From: an uncultured Solirubrobacteraceae bacterium
Lineage (GTDB): Bacteria > Actinomycetota > Thermoleophilia > Solirubrobacterales > Solirubrobacteraceae
Assembly: GCA_963730115.1 (NCBI GenBank)
Contig: CAVSQM010000004.1
Coordinates: 446,771-470,770, forward strand
Direction: 5' to 3'
Length of the DNA: 24,000 nucleotides
The notes beneath the pieces were generated by a model. The model made no database searches, had not been told where the DNA came from, and saw only the letters and a program-made list of their open reading frames with translations. This document shows positions 1 through 9,845 of the stretch, piece after piece. Made by a program: the position numbers and the translations under genes. How positions within the stretch are numbered: position 1 is the stretch's first letter; the number at the start of each line of letters is the position of its first letter.

Positions 1-503
1 ATCACGCCGCCGAGCACCCAGCCGGACGCGCCGCCGCCGGCGGCGGCCGCGGTCCAGATCGCGAGCGCGCGCTGCCGGGCCGCGCCCGCCGGCTCGGTGG
101 CGACGAGCAGCGCGAGCGCGGAGGGGGCGACGAGCGCCGACCCCATGCCCTGGACCGCGCGCGCCGCGATCAGCGCGGCAGCGGTGGGGGCGAGCGCGCA
201 GGCGAGCGACGCCGCGGCGAACACGAGCAGCCCGAGCCGGAACACCCGCCGCCGCCCGTAGCGGTCGGCCACCCGGCCGGCGAGCAGCAGCCCGCCGCCG
301 AAGGTCAGCGTGTACGCGGTGATGACCCACTGCAGCCCTGCCGCGTCGAAGCCCAGGTCGCGCCCGATGGCCGGCAGGGCGATCGCCACGATCGTGACGT
401 CGAGGACGACGACGAACTGCGCGACGCAGAGGAGCGCGAGGCGAGGCCCGCTCGCCGTTATGGCGCCGCCGACGGCGCTTTGACGGTCGTTACTGCCTTT
501 CAT
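1..503 (-). CDS. MFS transporter, DHA2 (EmrB/QacA-like) drug:H+ antiporter, N-terminal fragment (gene continues beyond window start)
   Basis: Manual minus-strand translation from ATG at 503-501 gives MKGSNDRQSAVGGAITASGPRLALLCVAQFVVVLDVTIVAIALPAIGRDLGFDAAGLQWVITAYTLTFGGGLLLAGRVADRYGRRRVFRLGLLVFAAASLACALAP... It shows alternating TM helices and MFS motif A (G-R-x-x-D-R-x-G-R-R). It is missing from the ORF track only because it is open at the window edge. Confidence 0.8.
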   Translation of the reverse strand, partial: MKGSNDRQSAVGGAITASGPRLALLCVAQFVVVLDVTIVAIALPAIGRDLGFDAAGLQWVITAYTLTFGGGLLLAGRVADRYGRRRVFRLGLLVFAAASLACALAPTAAALIAARAVQGMGSALVAPSALALLVATEPAGAARQRALAIWTAAAAGGGASGWVLGGV

Positions 504-556
504 GATTTTGGTGGTAACCGACTGTCGTTACGGGTAAACTCGCGTTTGGTGGTAAC
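486..556. promoter_or_regulatory. Divergent MFS/CGNR control region with repeated GGTAAC/GTTAC half-sites and a perfect 12-bp direct repeat
   Basis: TTTGGTGGTAAC occurs at 507-518 and again at 545-556. An imperfect inverted repeat GTAACCGAC-T-GTCG-TTAC lies at 514-531, and a further GTTAC at 490-494. The region is locally AT-richer than its surroundings and sits between two divergent start codons. Confidence 0.4.
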
Positions 557-1132
557 GCGCAGCGTCGAGAACATCGAGTTCTGGGGCAACGACCTCGCGC
601 TCGACTTCGCGAACACGATCGAGCGGCCGGCCGATGGCGCGGCGGTCACCGACCATCTGCACGCCTACGCCGACCTCGTCACCTGGGCCCGCCGCGCCGG
701 CGCGCTGCCGGACGGAGCGCGGCCCGGAGGTGGCGACCTCGAGCGGGCGCGCACGCTGAGGGCCGCGATCGCCGACGTGTTCGCCGCCAGGCAACGGGCG
801 GGCGGTCGCCGCGGGCGTCGATGCGCGCGCTGATGGTCGCCTACGGCGACGCGGTCCAGAACGGGGTTCTCGCCGCCGGCGCCGACGCCGGGAGACCAGG
901 CGGCCTCGACTGGGTCTGGACCGGGCGCCACCCCGACCGGCCGCTGTGGCCGATCGCGGTCGCCGCCGTCGACCTGCTCCGCTCCGAGCGGCTGGCGCGC
1001 GTCAAGCAGTGCGCCAACTGCAACTGGCTGTTCGTGGACCGCAGCCGCAACGGCTCACGCCGCTGGTGCTCGATGGACGAGTGCGGCGTCCACGTGAAGA
1101 TGCGCCGCTACCGCGCGGCGCGGCGGGGGTGA
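549..1132 (+). pseudogene. CGNR zinc-finger / ABATE-domain putative regulator; reading frame broken (net +2 or -1) between ~785 and ~830
   Basis: The N-terminal part is in frame 3 (ORF 480-833: ..IEFWGNDLALDFANTIERP..DLVTWARRAG..). The C-terminal part is in frame 2 (ORF 821-1132: ..RVKQCANCNWLFVDRSRNGSRRWCSMDECGVHVKMRRYRAARRG), which is the CGNR zinc-finger signature C-x2-C-x-W-x-F-x-D-x-S-x5-RRWCSM-x2-CG. The start is uncertain (TTG 546 or GTG 549 preferred over TTG 480). Confidence 0.75.
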
Positions 1133-1684
1133 ATCGTCTCGCCGCGCGACAGCATCGCGACGAACTCGGCGATCCGCTTCGCGCGCGTCTCCGCTCGCTT
1201 CGCGTTCTGGATCCGGAAGAGGATCGCGTAGCGGTTGTTGCCGTCGAGCTCGCCGAAGAGCTTCGCGGCGGCCGGGTCGGCGTCGAGCGCGGCGCGCAGG
1301 TCGTCCGGCACCGTCGCGGTCGTCGGTGAGTCGTAGGCGCGCTCCCAGCGGCCGTCGGCCTTCGCGCGCTCGACCTCGGCCAGCCCGGCCGGCTGCATCG
1401 CGCCCGATGCGATCAGGGCCTCCGCCTTGGCGCGGTTGATCTTCGACCAGATCGAGCGCGCGCGGCGGGGCGTGAAGCGCTGGCGGTACCAGTCGTCGTC
1501 GATGCGCTTGGACTGGCCGTCGATCCAGCCGTACATCAGCGAGAGCTCGACCGCCTCGGCGTAGACGACGGTCGGGATGCCGCTCGCCTTCTTGGCGAAC
1601 TTGATCCAGATCCCGTCGGAGGACCCGTGGTGCTCTGCGAGCCAGGCCTCGAACGCCGCCCGGCTCGCGAACGGGATCGCCTCG

Positions 1685-1692
<8 letters not shown>
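1108..1692 (-). CDS. YdeI/OmpD-associated family protein (COG4430-like)
   Basis: 194-aa ORF. It contains FEAWLAEHHGSSDGIWIKFAKKASG..YAEAVELSLMYGWIDGQ..RFTPRRARSIWSKIN..AEALIASGAMQPAGL..ADGRWERAY, the typical family pattern. Its ATG overlaps the upstream ACAD stop (8-nt overlap). Confidence 0.7.
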
Positions 1693-2784
<1,092 letters not shown>

Positions 2785-2788
<4 letters not shown>

Positions 2789-3593
2789 GACGTCGCCCGC
2801 CTCGCGATCAGCGACCCGGCGCCGCCCAGCGCCGCCGCCCCCGCCAGCGCGCCCGCGAACCGCAGCCGCCGGTTGAGCCGCTCGAAGCGCAGGATCTCCC
2901 AGCCCTCCTCCTTCGCCACCCGCGCCAGCGTCGGGTCCGGGTTGACCGCCACCGGATGCCCGACCGCGCGCAGCATCGGCAGGTCCGACTCGGAGTCCGA
3001 GTAGGCCCACGACGCCGCCAGGTCGATGCCCTCGTTCTCGGCCAGCTCGCGCATCGCCTCCGCCTTGCCCTCGCGGTAGGTGAACGGGCCGCCCGGGCGC
3101 CCGGTGTAGGAGCCGTCGACGATCTCGGCGCGCGACCCGACCGCCCCGTCGAAGGTCAGCACGATCGCCAGCAGCTCCGCCATCTCCTGCGACGCCGCGG
3201 TGCAGATCACGATCGGCCGGCCCGCGTCCTGGTGGCGGTAGGCCAGCTCGAGCATCCGCGGGTACAGCCGCGGCAGCACGCCGGACAGCACGTCCGGCGC
3301 CAGCCGCTGGAGATCGCGCACCCGGACGCCGCTCAGGAGCTCGCCGATCCGCGCCCGCAGCGCGTCCGCGCCGGCGTCGGTCGACCCCCGCAGGCGGAAC
3401 AGCACGTTCTCGTAGAAGTCCCGCAGCAGCACCCGCCGGTTGACCAGGCCCGCCTTGTACGCGGCGCGACCGAACTGGAAGGCCGACGAGCCCTCCATGA
3501 GCGTGCGGTCGAGATCGAAGAACGCGGCTCCCCGTTCCTCGGGACGGCGCACCGCGCCGCCTCCGGGAGGGGGTGGGAGCAGCCGGAGCTTGC

Positions 3594-3597
<4 letters not shown>
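2785..3597 (-). CDS. HAD-IB family hydrolase (SerB-like phosphatase fold) with C-terminal hydrophobic tail
   Basis: This is the C-terminal 270 aa of ORF 2785-4509, starting at GTG 3597. It has HAD motif I FFDLDRT, a conserved Lys (YREGKAEA) and motif IV YSDSESDLPML. The tail FAGALAGAAALGGAGSLIA is hydrophobic. The GTG overlaps the thiolase stop (GTGA). Confidence 0.8.
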
Positions 3598-4769
<1,172 letters not shown>

Positions 4770-4780
4770 AGCCGAGAGAC

Positions 4781-4786
4781 TAGTAT
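4781..4786. promoter_or_regulatory. -10-like AT island (TAGTAT on +, ATACTA/TACTAG on -) centred in the 29-bp thiolase/pepA divergent gap
   Basis: This is the only AT-rich hexamer between start codons 4769(-) and 4799(+). It lies 12 nt from the pepA ATG and 11 nt from the thiolase ATG, and neither side has a Shine-Dalgarno sequence. Confidence 0.3.
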
Positions 4787-4798
4787 CCGCGCCTTCGC

Positions 4799-6247
4799 AT
4801 GGACGTTCGCGCCACCACCGAGGCGCCCCCAGGGACGGGGGCGGACACGATCGCCGTCGGTCTCTTCGAGGATGAGGGGATCGCGCACGACACGCCGGAC
4901 GGCGCGCTCGGCGCGCTCGTCGACGCCGGTGAGGCGAAGCCCGCCTTCCGCAAGCTGGCGCTCACGCACGCCGAGGGCAAGCGCTGGCTGATCGCCGGCC
5001 TCGGCAAGCGCGACGAGTTCGACCCCGAGCGTGCCCGGATCGTGGCCGGCGGCGTGCTCGCCCGCGCCCGCGAGCTCGGTGCGAAGACGCTGTGCTGGGA
5101 GCTCCCCCACCACGTCTCCGACGCCCACGCCGCCGCCTTCGTCGAGGGCTCGGTCATGGGCGCCTACGACTTCACGATGTTCAAGAGCGGCGGCGACGAC
5201 GAGGACGGCCCCGAGCTCGGGCGAGCTGATCGTCTCCGCCCACCACGACGTCGCCGCGCCGGTCGAGACGGGCCGCATCATCGGCGAGTCGGTCAACCTC
5301 ACGCGCGACCTCCAGAACCGCCCCGCCAACGACCTCACCCCGCGAGCGCTCGCCGAGCGGGCGCGCGAGATCGCCGACAACCACGACACGCTGACCCTCG
5401 AGGTCATGGGCCGCGACGAGATCGTGGCGGCCGGCATGGGCGCGTTCGCCGGCGTCGCCCAGGGCAGCTACGAGGAGCCGCAGCTGATCACGCTGCGCTA
5501 CGACGGGCCGGACGCGAGCGGCCCGGTGCTCGGCTACGTCGGCAAGGCGGTGACGTTCGACTCCGGCGGCATCTCGATCAAGCCCGGCAACAAGATGAGC
5601 GACATGAAGTTCGACATGTCGGGCGGCGCGGCCGTGCTGGGCGCCACCGCGGCGGTCGCGCGCCTCGATCTGCCCGGTCCGCCTCATCTCGCGTGATCGG
5701 CGCCACCGAGAACCTCCCGTCCGGCCGCTCGATGAAGCCCGGCGACATCCTGCGCGCCCGCAACGGCACGACGATCGAGGTCATCAACACCGACGCCGAG
5801 GGCCGGCTCGTGCTCGCCGACTGCCTGCACCATGCGGTCGAGCAGGGCGCCGAGCGGCTCGTCGACCTCGCCACGCTCACCGGCGCGATCGTGACGACGC
5901 TCGGCACCACCTACGCCGGCCTGATGGGCACCGACGACGACTGGTGCGAGGAGGTCTCCGCCGCGGGCCGCCGCGCCGGCGAGATCCTCTGGCGGCTGCC
6001 GCTGCACCCCGAGTACGCCGACCTCATCAAGGGCAAGTACGGCGACATCCTCAACGCGGTCGAGAACCGCCGCGCCGCCTCGGTGACCGCCGCGGAGTTC
6101 CTCAAGCGCTTCGTCGGCGAGGTGCCGTGGACGCACCTCGACATCGCCGGCGTGGCCTGGGACACCGGCAAGGCCTACGCGCCCAAGGGCGGCACGGGCT
6201 ACGGCGTGCGGCTGCTGGTCGAGCTGGCCTCGTCTGACAGCGCCTAG
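4799..6247 (+). pseudogene. pepA: Leucyl aminopeptidase (M17, PepA), disrupted by three +1 insertions that together restore the frame
   Basis: N-terminal residues 1-~140 and the C-terminal ~185 aa (NTDAEGRLVLAD, LATLTGA, LDIAG) are in frame 2. The conserved middle (VNLTRDLQNRPANDLTP, GKAVTFDSGGISIKPG, MKFDMSGGAAVLG) is in frame 3 (ORF 5031-5696). Inferred extra bases are in the GGG run 5219-5221, at G 5676 and at C 5692. After correction, LDLPVRLISVIGATENLPSG aligns residue-for-residue with the recalled E. coli PepA segment [20 protein letters not shown]. Confidence 0.85.
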
Positions 6248-6265
6248 CCGCCGATAAGCACCGGA

Positions 6266-6946
6266 ATGGTGCTCTTCGCCGGACCGATCGTCATCGAGTG
6301 GTACTACCTCCCGATCTTCGTCCTGCTGGGCGTCGTCGCGCCGGTCGTCCTCGTCGGGCTCGTCTCCGAGCTCATCCTGCGGGCCCCTCGCCGCTCGGAG
6401 CCGCTCACGTGGGCGAAGCGGCGCCGGACGTGGGCGGGCGTCGCGGTCGGTTGGCTGCTGCTCGCGCTCGTCTTCGACGGCGTGATCCCGAAGCTGCGCG
6501 AGGGCGGCGAGGCGCGAGCCACCAAGCGCGCGCTCGACTTCACGCCGCACGAGCCGCAACCGCTCCCGGCGACGTTCAGCGTCACGGCCGTGAACGCCAC
6601 GCTCGGCCCGCCGAGGCTGGTCAGCTACTACCTGATCGGCTCGAGCGCCCTCACCGATTCCCAGCAGCGGCCGGTGGGGCGGGTCGTGGCAGAGGACGGC
6701 AAGTGTGCGCTCACGCAGCTGGGACCGAAGCCGTTCCGGTGCCGCGAGCGGCGCACGCCCGCGGGCATCCGGGTCTTCTTCGCCGAGTCGCGCCGCAGCC
6801 AGGTGGGGCGCCGCATGGCGTTCGCCGTGCTGGACGGCACGCTGGTGCGCGTCACCTTCGAGCCGCTGCCCGAAGACTCCGTGCTCGCCTACTTCGACTC
6901 GCTGCGGCCGGTCGACAAGGACGACATCGAGTTCACGCGGGGATGA
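6266..6946 (+). CDS. Hypothetical membrane-anchored protein, tandem paralog 1 (two N-terminal TM helices plus extracytoplasmic domain)
   Basis: 226-aa ORF with TM segments IEWYYLPIFVLLGVVAPVVLVGLV and WAGVAVGWLLLALVF. The soluble domain has DFTPHEPQPLP, two Cys residues, and a C-terminal AFAVLDGTLVRV...VLAYFDSLRPVDKDDIEFTRG. It has clear similarity to the next ORF. Confidence 0.6.
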   Translation: MVLFAGPIVIEWYYLPIFVLLGVVAPVVLVGLVSELILRAPRRSEPLTWAKRRRTWAGVAVGWLLLALVFDGVIPKLREGGEARATKRALDFTPHEPQPLPATFSVTAVNATLGPPRLVSYYLIGSSALTDSQQRPVGRVVAEDGKCALTQLGPKPFRCRERRTPAGIRVFFAESRRSQVGRRMAFAVLDGTLVRVTFEPLPEDSVLAYFDSLRPVDKDDIEFTRG

Positions 6947-7623
6947 TCGTGGCGCCGTTCGCCGGCCCGGTCTTCCCGGAGTGGTACTGGGGCCCGATCT
7001 TCTTCGCCCTGGTCTACGGCCCGGGTCTGCTGGCCGTCGCCTTCGTCGTCGACGTGGTCGCCCGCCGCCGGCTCAAGGGCTCGCGCCGCGCGGCGCTCGC
7101 GGCCGGCGTCGTGCTCGGCGGGACGCTGCTCATCCTGGGCGGGCGGGCGCTGATCGAGGACGTGCGCTTCGAGCGTGAAGCGACCGCCGTCGCCCGCGGT
7201 TTCGACTTCACGACCTACCGGCCCGCGCCGCTGCCGCGGCCGTTCACCGAGGAGCGGGTGACAGCCGACGACAACTGGACCGGCCCCGCCCTCATCAGCC
7301 ACTACGCCGCCGGCCCGGGCGCGTACGCCACCGCCTTCCAGCAGCGGCCGATCGGCGAGGTCTCGCTCCAGGACGGGCACTGCTCGCTCACGAAGCTGGC
7401 CGGCAGCGGCACCAACTTCTTCGACGGACCGTGCCGGGCGCTCGGATCAGGCGTGTTCCTCGGCGCGTCCGAGACGATCGTCGACGGCAACGACGCCTTC
7501 GCCGTGCTCGACGGGACGCTGGTCCGGCTGCAGGCGTCGCAGGTCGGCGACCGCGATGTGCTCGCGTACTTCGACTCGCTGCGGCCGGTCGACAAGGCGA
7601 ACCTGGAGTTCAAGCGCGGCTGA
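6943..7623 (+). CDS. Hypothetical membrane-anchored protein, tandem paralog 2
   Basis: This is the 226-aa C-terminal part of ORF 6298-7623, starting at ATG 6943 (ATGA overlap with the paralog 1 stop). It begins MIVAPFAGPVFPEWYWGPIFF, contains DFTTYRPAPLP and two Cys residues, and ends AFAVLDGTLVRL...VLAYFDSLRPVDKANLEFKRG. The length is identical to paralog 1. Confidence 0.6.
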   Translation: MIVAPFAGPVFPEWYWGPIFFALVYGPGLLAVAFVVDVVARRRLKGSRRAALAAGVVLGGTLLILGGRALIEDVRFEREATAVARGFDFTTYRPAPLPRPFTEERVTADDNWTGPALISHYAAGPGAYATAFQQRPIGEVSLQDGHCSLTKLAGSGTNFFDGPCRALGSGVFLGASETIVDGNDAFAVLDGTLVRLQASQVGDRDVLAYFDSLRPVDKANLEFKRG

Positions 7624-7636
7624 TACCAATGCCCGC

Positions 7637-8772
7637 ATGGACTTCGACCTCTCTGACGACCACGAGCTGATCCGCCGCACCGTCCGCGACTTCGCCGAGG
7701 GCGAGGTCGCGCCGGTGGCCGAGGAGCTGGATCGCGAGAAGCGCTTCCCGTACGAGATCGTCGCCAAGCTCGGCGAGCTCGGGCTCATGGGCATCCCGTT
7801 CCCCGAGGAGTACGGCGGCGCCGGCGGCGACACGCTCGCCTACGCGCTCGCCGTCGAGGAGCTCACGCGCGTCGACTCGAGCGTGGCGATCACGATGTGC
7901 GCGCACACGTCGCTCGGGACGCAGCCGATCTACCTGTTCGGCTCGGAGGAGCAGAAGCAGGAGTGGCTGCCGGAGCTGACCGCGGGGCGCAAGCTCGGCG
8001 CGTTCGGGCTGACCGAGCCGGAGGCCGGCTCGGACGCCGGCAACGTCCGCACCCGCGCGCGCCGCGACAACGGCGACTGGGTGATCGACGGCGCCAAGCA
8101 GTTCATCACCAACGCGGGCACCGACATCTCCGGCGTCGTCTCCATCACCGCCCGCACCGGCGCGGACGAGATCTCCAACTTGATCGTGCCGAACGGGACG
8201 CCCGGCTACGAGCAGGGCGAGCCGTACCGCAAGATGGGCTGGAACGCGTCGGACACGCGGCCGTTGACGTTCACGGACTGCCGGGTGCCGGAGGACGCGC
8301 TGCTCGGGCCGGTCGGCCAGGGCTTCAAGCAGTTCCTCCACATCCTCGACATCGGCCGCATCGGGGTCGCGGCGATGGGCGTCGGGCTCGCGCAGGGCGC
8401 GCTCGACGAGGCGCTGAAGTACGCCAAGGAGCGGCGCGCGTTCGGCAAGCCGATCTCCAAGTACCAGGCGATCCAGGCCAAGCTCGCCGACATGGCGACC
8501 GAGATCGAGGCGGCGCCGGCTGCTGACCTACAAGGCGGCGCGGCTCAAGGACGCGGGCCGCAACTTCACGCTGACCGCCGCGCAGGCCAAGCTCAAGACC
8601 GGCCGCCTCGCGGTGCGCGCGACCGAGGAGGCGGTCCAGATCCACGGCGGCTACGGCTACATCGAGGAGTACCCGGTGTGCCGCTTCTACCGCGACGCCA
8701 AGATCCTCACCATCGGCGAGGGCACCGACGAGGTCCAGCAGATGGTGATCGCGCGGGCGCTGGGGCGCCTAG
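7637..8772 (+). pseudogene. Acyl-CoA dehydrogenase (second copy), two apparent +1 insertions near the 3' end
   Basis: Translation from ATG 7637 (MDFDLSDDHELIRRTVRDFAEGEV...) contains GAFGLTEPEAGSDAG and GAKQFITNAG, up to ...ADMATEIEAA. The frame then shifts (extra C in CC 8516-8517) to LLTYKAARLKDAGRNFTLTAAQAKLKTGRLAVRATEEAVQIHGGYGYIEEYPVCRFYRDAKILTIGEGTDEVQQMVIARAL. The stop TAG 8770-8772 is reached only if one G of GGGG 8762-8765 is removed. Total length is 3n+2, consistent with two insertions. Confidence 0.85.
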
Positions 8773-9814
8773 GCGGCGGTGCCCGCCTCGATCGCCCACC
8801 GCCGCCCGGCGCTGCTTGGCGCGGTAGAGGTCGGCGTCGGCGGCGCGGTGCAGGTCCTCGGCGCAGAGGCCGTCGACCGGCAGCGCGGCGATCCCGATCG
8901 AGGCGTCGGCGACGGCGCCGAGCCGCTGCTCGAGCCGCTCGGCGGCCGCGCGCAGCTCGCCCGGGCCGGCCTCGGGCAGCAGCACCGCGAACTCGTCGCC
9001 GCCGAGGCGGCCGAGCACGTCGGCCGGGCGCAGGTCGGCGGCGAGCGTCCGCGCCACCTCGCACAGCAGGTCGTCGCCGGCGGCGTGGCCGCGGGTGTCG
9101 TTGATGCGTCTTGAAGTCGTCGAGGTCGATCACGATCAGGCCGAGCGGGCGGCCGTCGTGGCGGAGGTGGTCGGCCAGCTCGGCCGTGAAGCGCTCGGTG
9201 AAGCCGCGGCGGTTGAGCGCGCCGGTCAGCGGGTCGGCGCGCGAGAGCGACTGCAACTCGCCGCGCTGGCGCTCGCGGTTGACGGCCTGGGAGAACCCCA
9301 TGACGGTGCCGGTCGCCAGCAGCGCGGCGAACACGACGATCGTCTCGGGCGTCGCGCTGCCGGCGAGCACCGCCCCGCCGACGTAGCCGGCGACCGACAA
9401 CGCTCCGGTGGCGATCACGGAGCGCGGCGGGTACGACAGCGCCGCGAAGAACAGCGGCAGGAAGAACAGCGCCCGCAACGGGCTGTCGTCGCCGCCGTCG
9501 GCCGCGACGACGAGCGCGATCAGCGTCACGTCGAGCGCGGTCCAGACGAGGAAGAACGCCTCGCGCCAGTGCGAGCGCATCAGCGCGGCGGTGGGCAGGC
9601 GCGACATCAGGTAGCCGGAGGCCATGGCGACCGCCACCAGCGCCGCGATCTCCGCGCGGTGCGGCTGCTCCCAGGAGGCGCAGGCGTAACCGAGCACGAC
9701 CAGCGCGACGGCGTAGGTCAGCCAGGCCCCGTCCCGGAGGGTGCGTTCGCGGAACTTGAGGAAGGCCTCGTCTGGCTCAGGGGTTGGCCACCAGCGCGCC
9801 ATTTGGAGGAACAT
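8769..9814 (-). pseudogene. Membrane-bound diguanylate cyclase (multi-TM N-terminal domain plus GGDEF), two apparent +1 insertions
   Basis: The N-terminus from ORF 8687-9901 (start ATG 9814 or 9802) has 5-6 hydrophobic helices, then DPLTGALNRRGF...LIVIDLDDFKT. A frame change at ~9104-9109 leads to INDTRGHAAGDDLLCEVARTLAADLRPADVLGRLGGDEFAVLLP (ORF 8707-9057), with an RxxD I-site (RPAD) 5 aa before GGDEF. A second shift at GG 8808-8809 gives LYRAKQRGRRWAIEAGTAA and a stop at 8771-8769. Total length is 3n+2. Confidence 0.8.
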
Positions 9815-9845
9815 CGGCAGAAAGGCCAGACAGTTGAGCGGCAAC

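Noticed and set aside
5210-5700. Programmed ribosomal frameshifting in pepA, and in the other frame-broken genes
   Set aside because: There are no slippery heptamers or downstream structures. The shifts occur in unrelated housekeeping genes and always as +1 extra G or C in short runs. PepA, MeaB, ACAD and GH57 are not known to use recoding. Sequence error is the simpler explanation.
8613-9104. ORF 8613-9104 with a striking poly-Arg/Ala tail (…RRRRRGAGPRRRGRRPAARRSRSRRRRRRRAAARAARR…), considered as a possible basic or nucleic-acid-binding domain fused to ACAD
   Set aside because: The tail is the antisense of the GGDEF gene. It is read only because the ACAD-2 stop (TAG 8770-8772) is out of frame owing to an extra G in GGGG 8762-8765.
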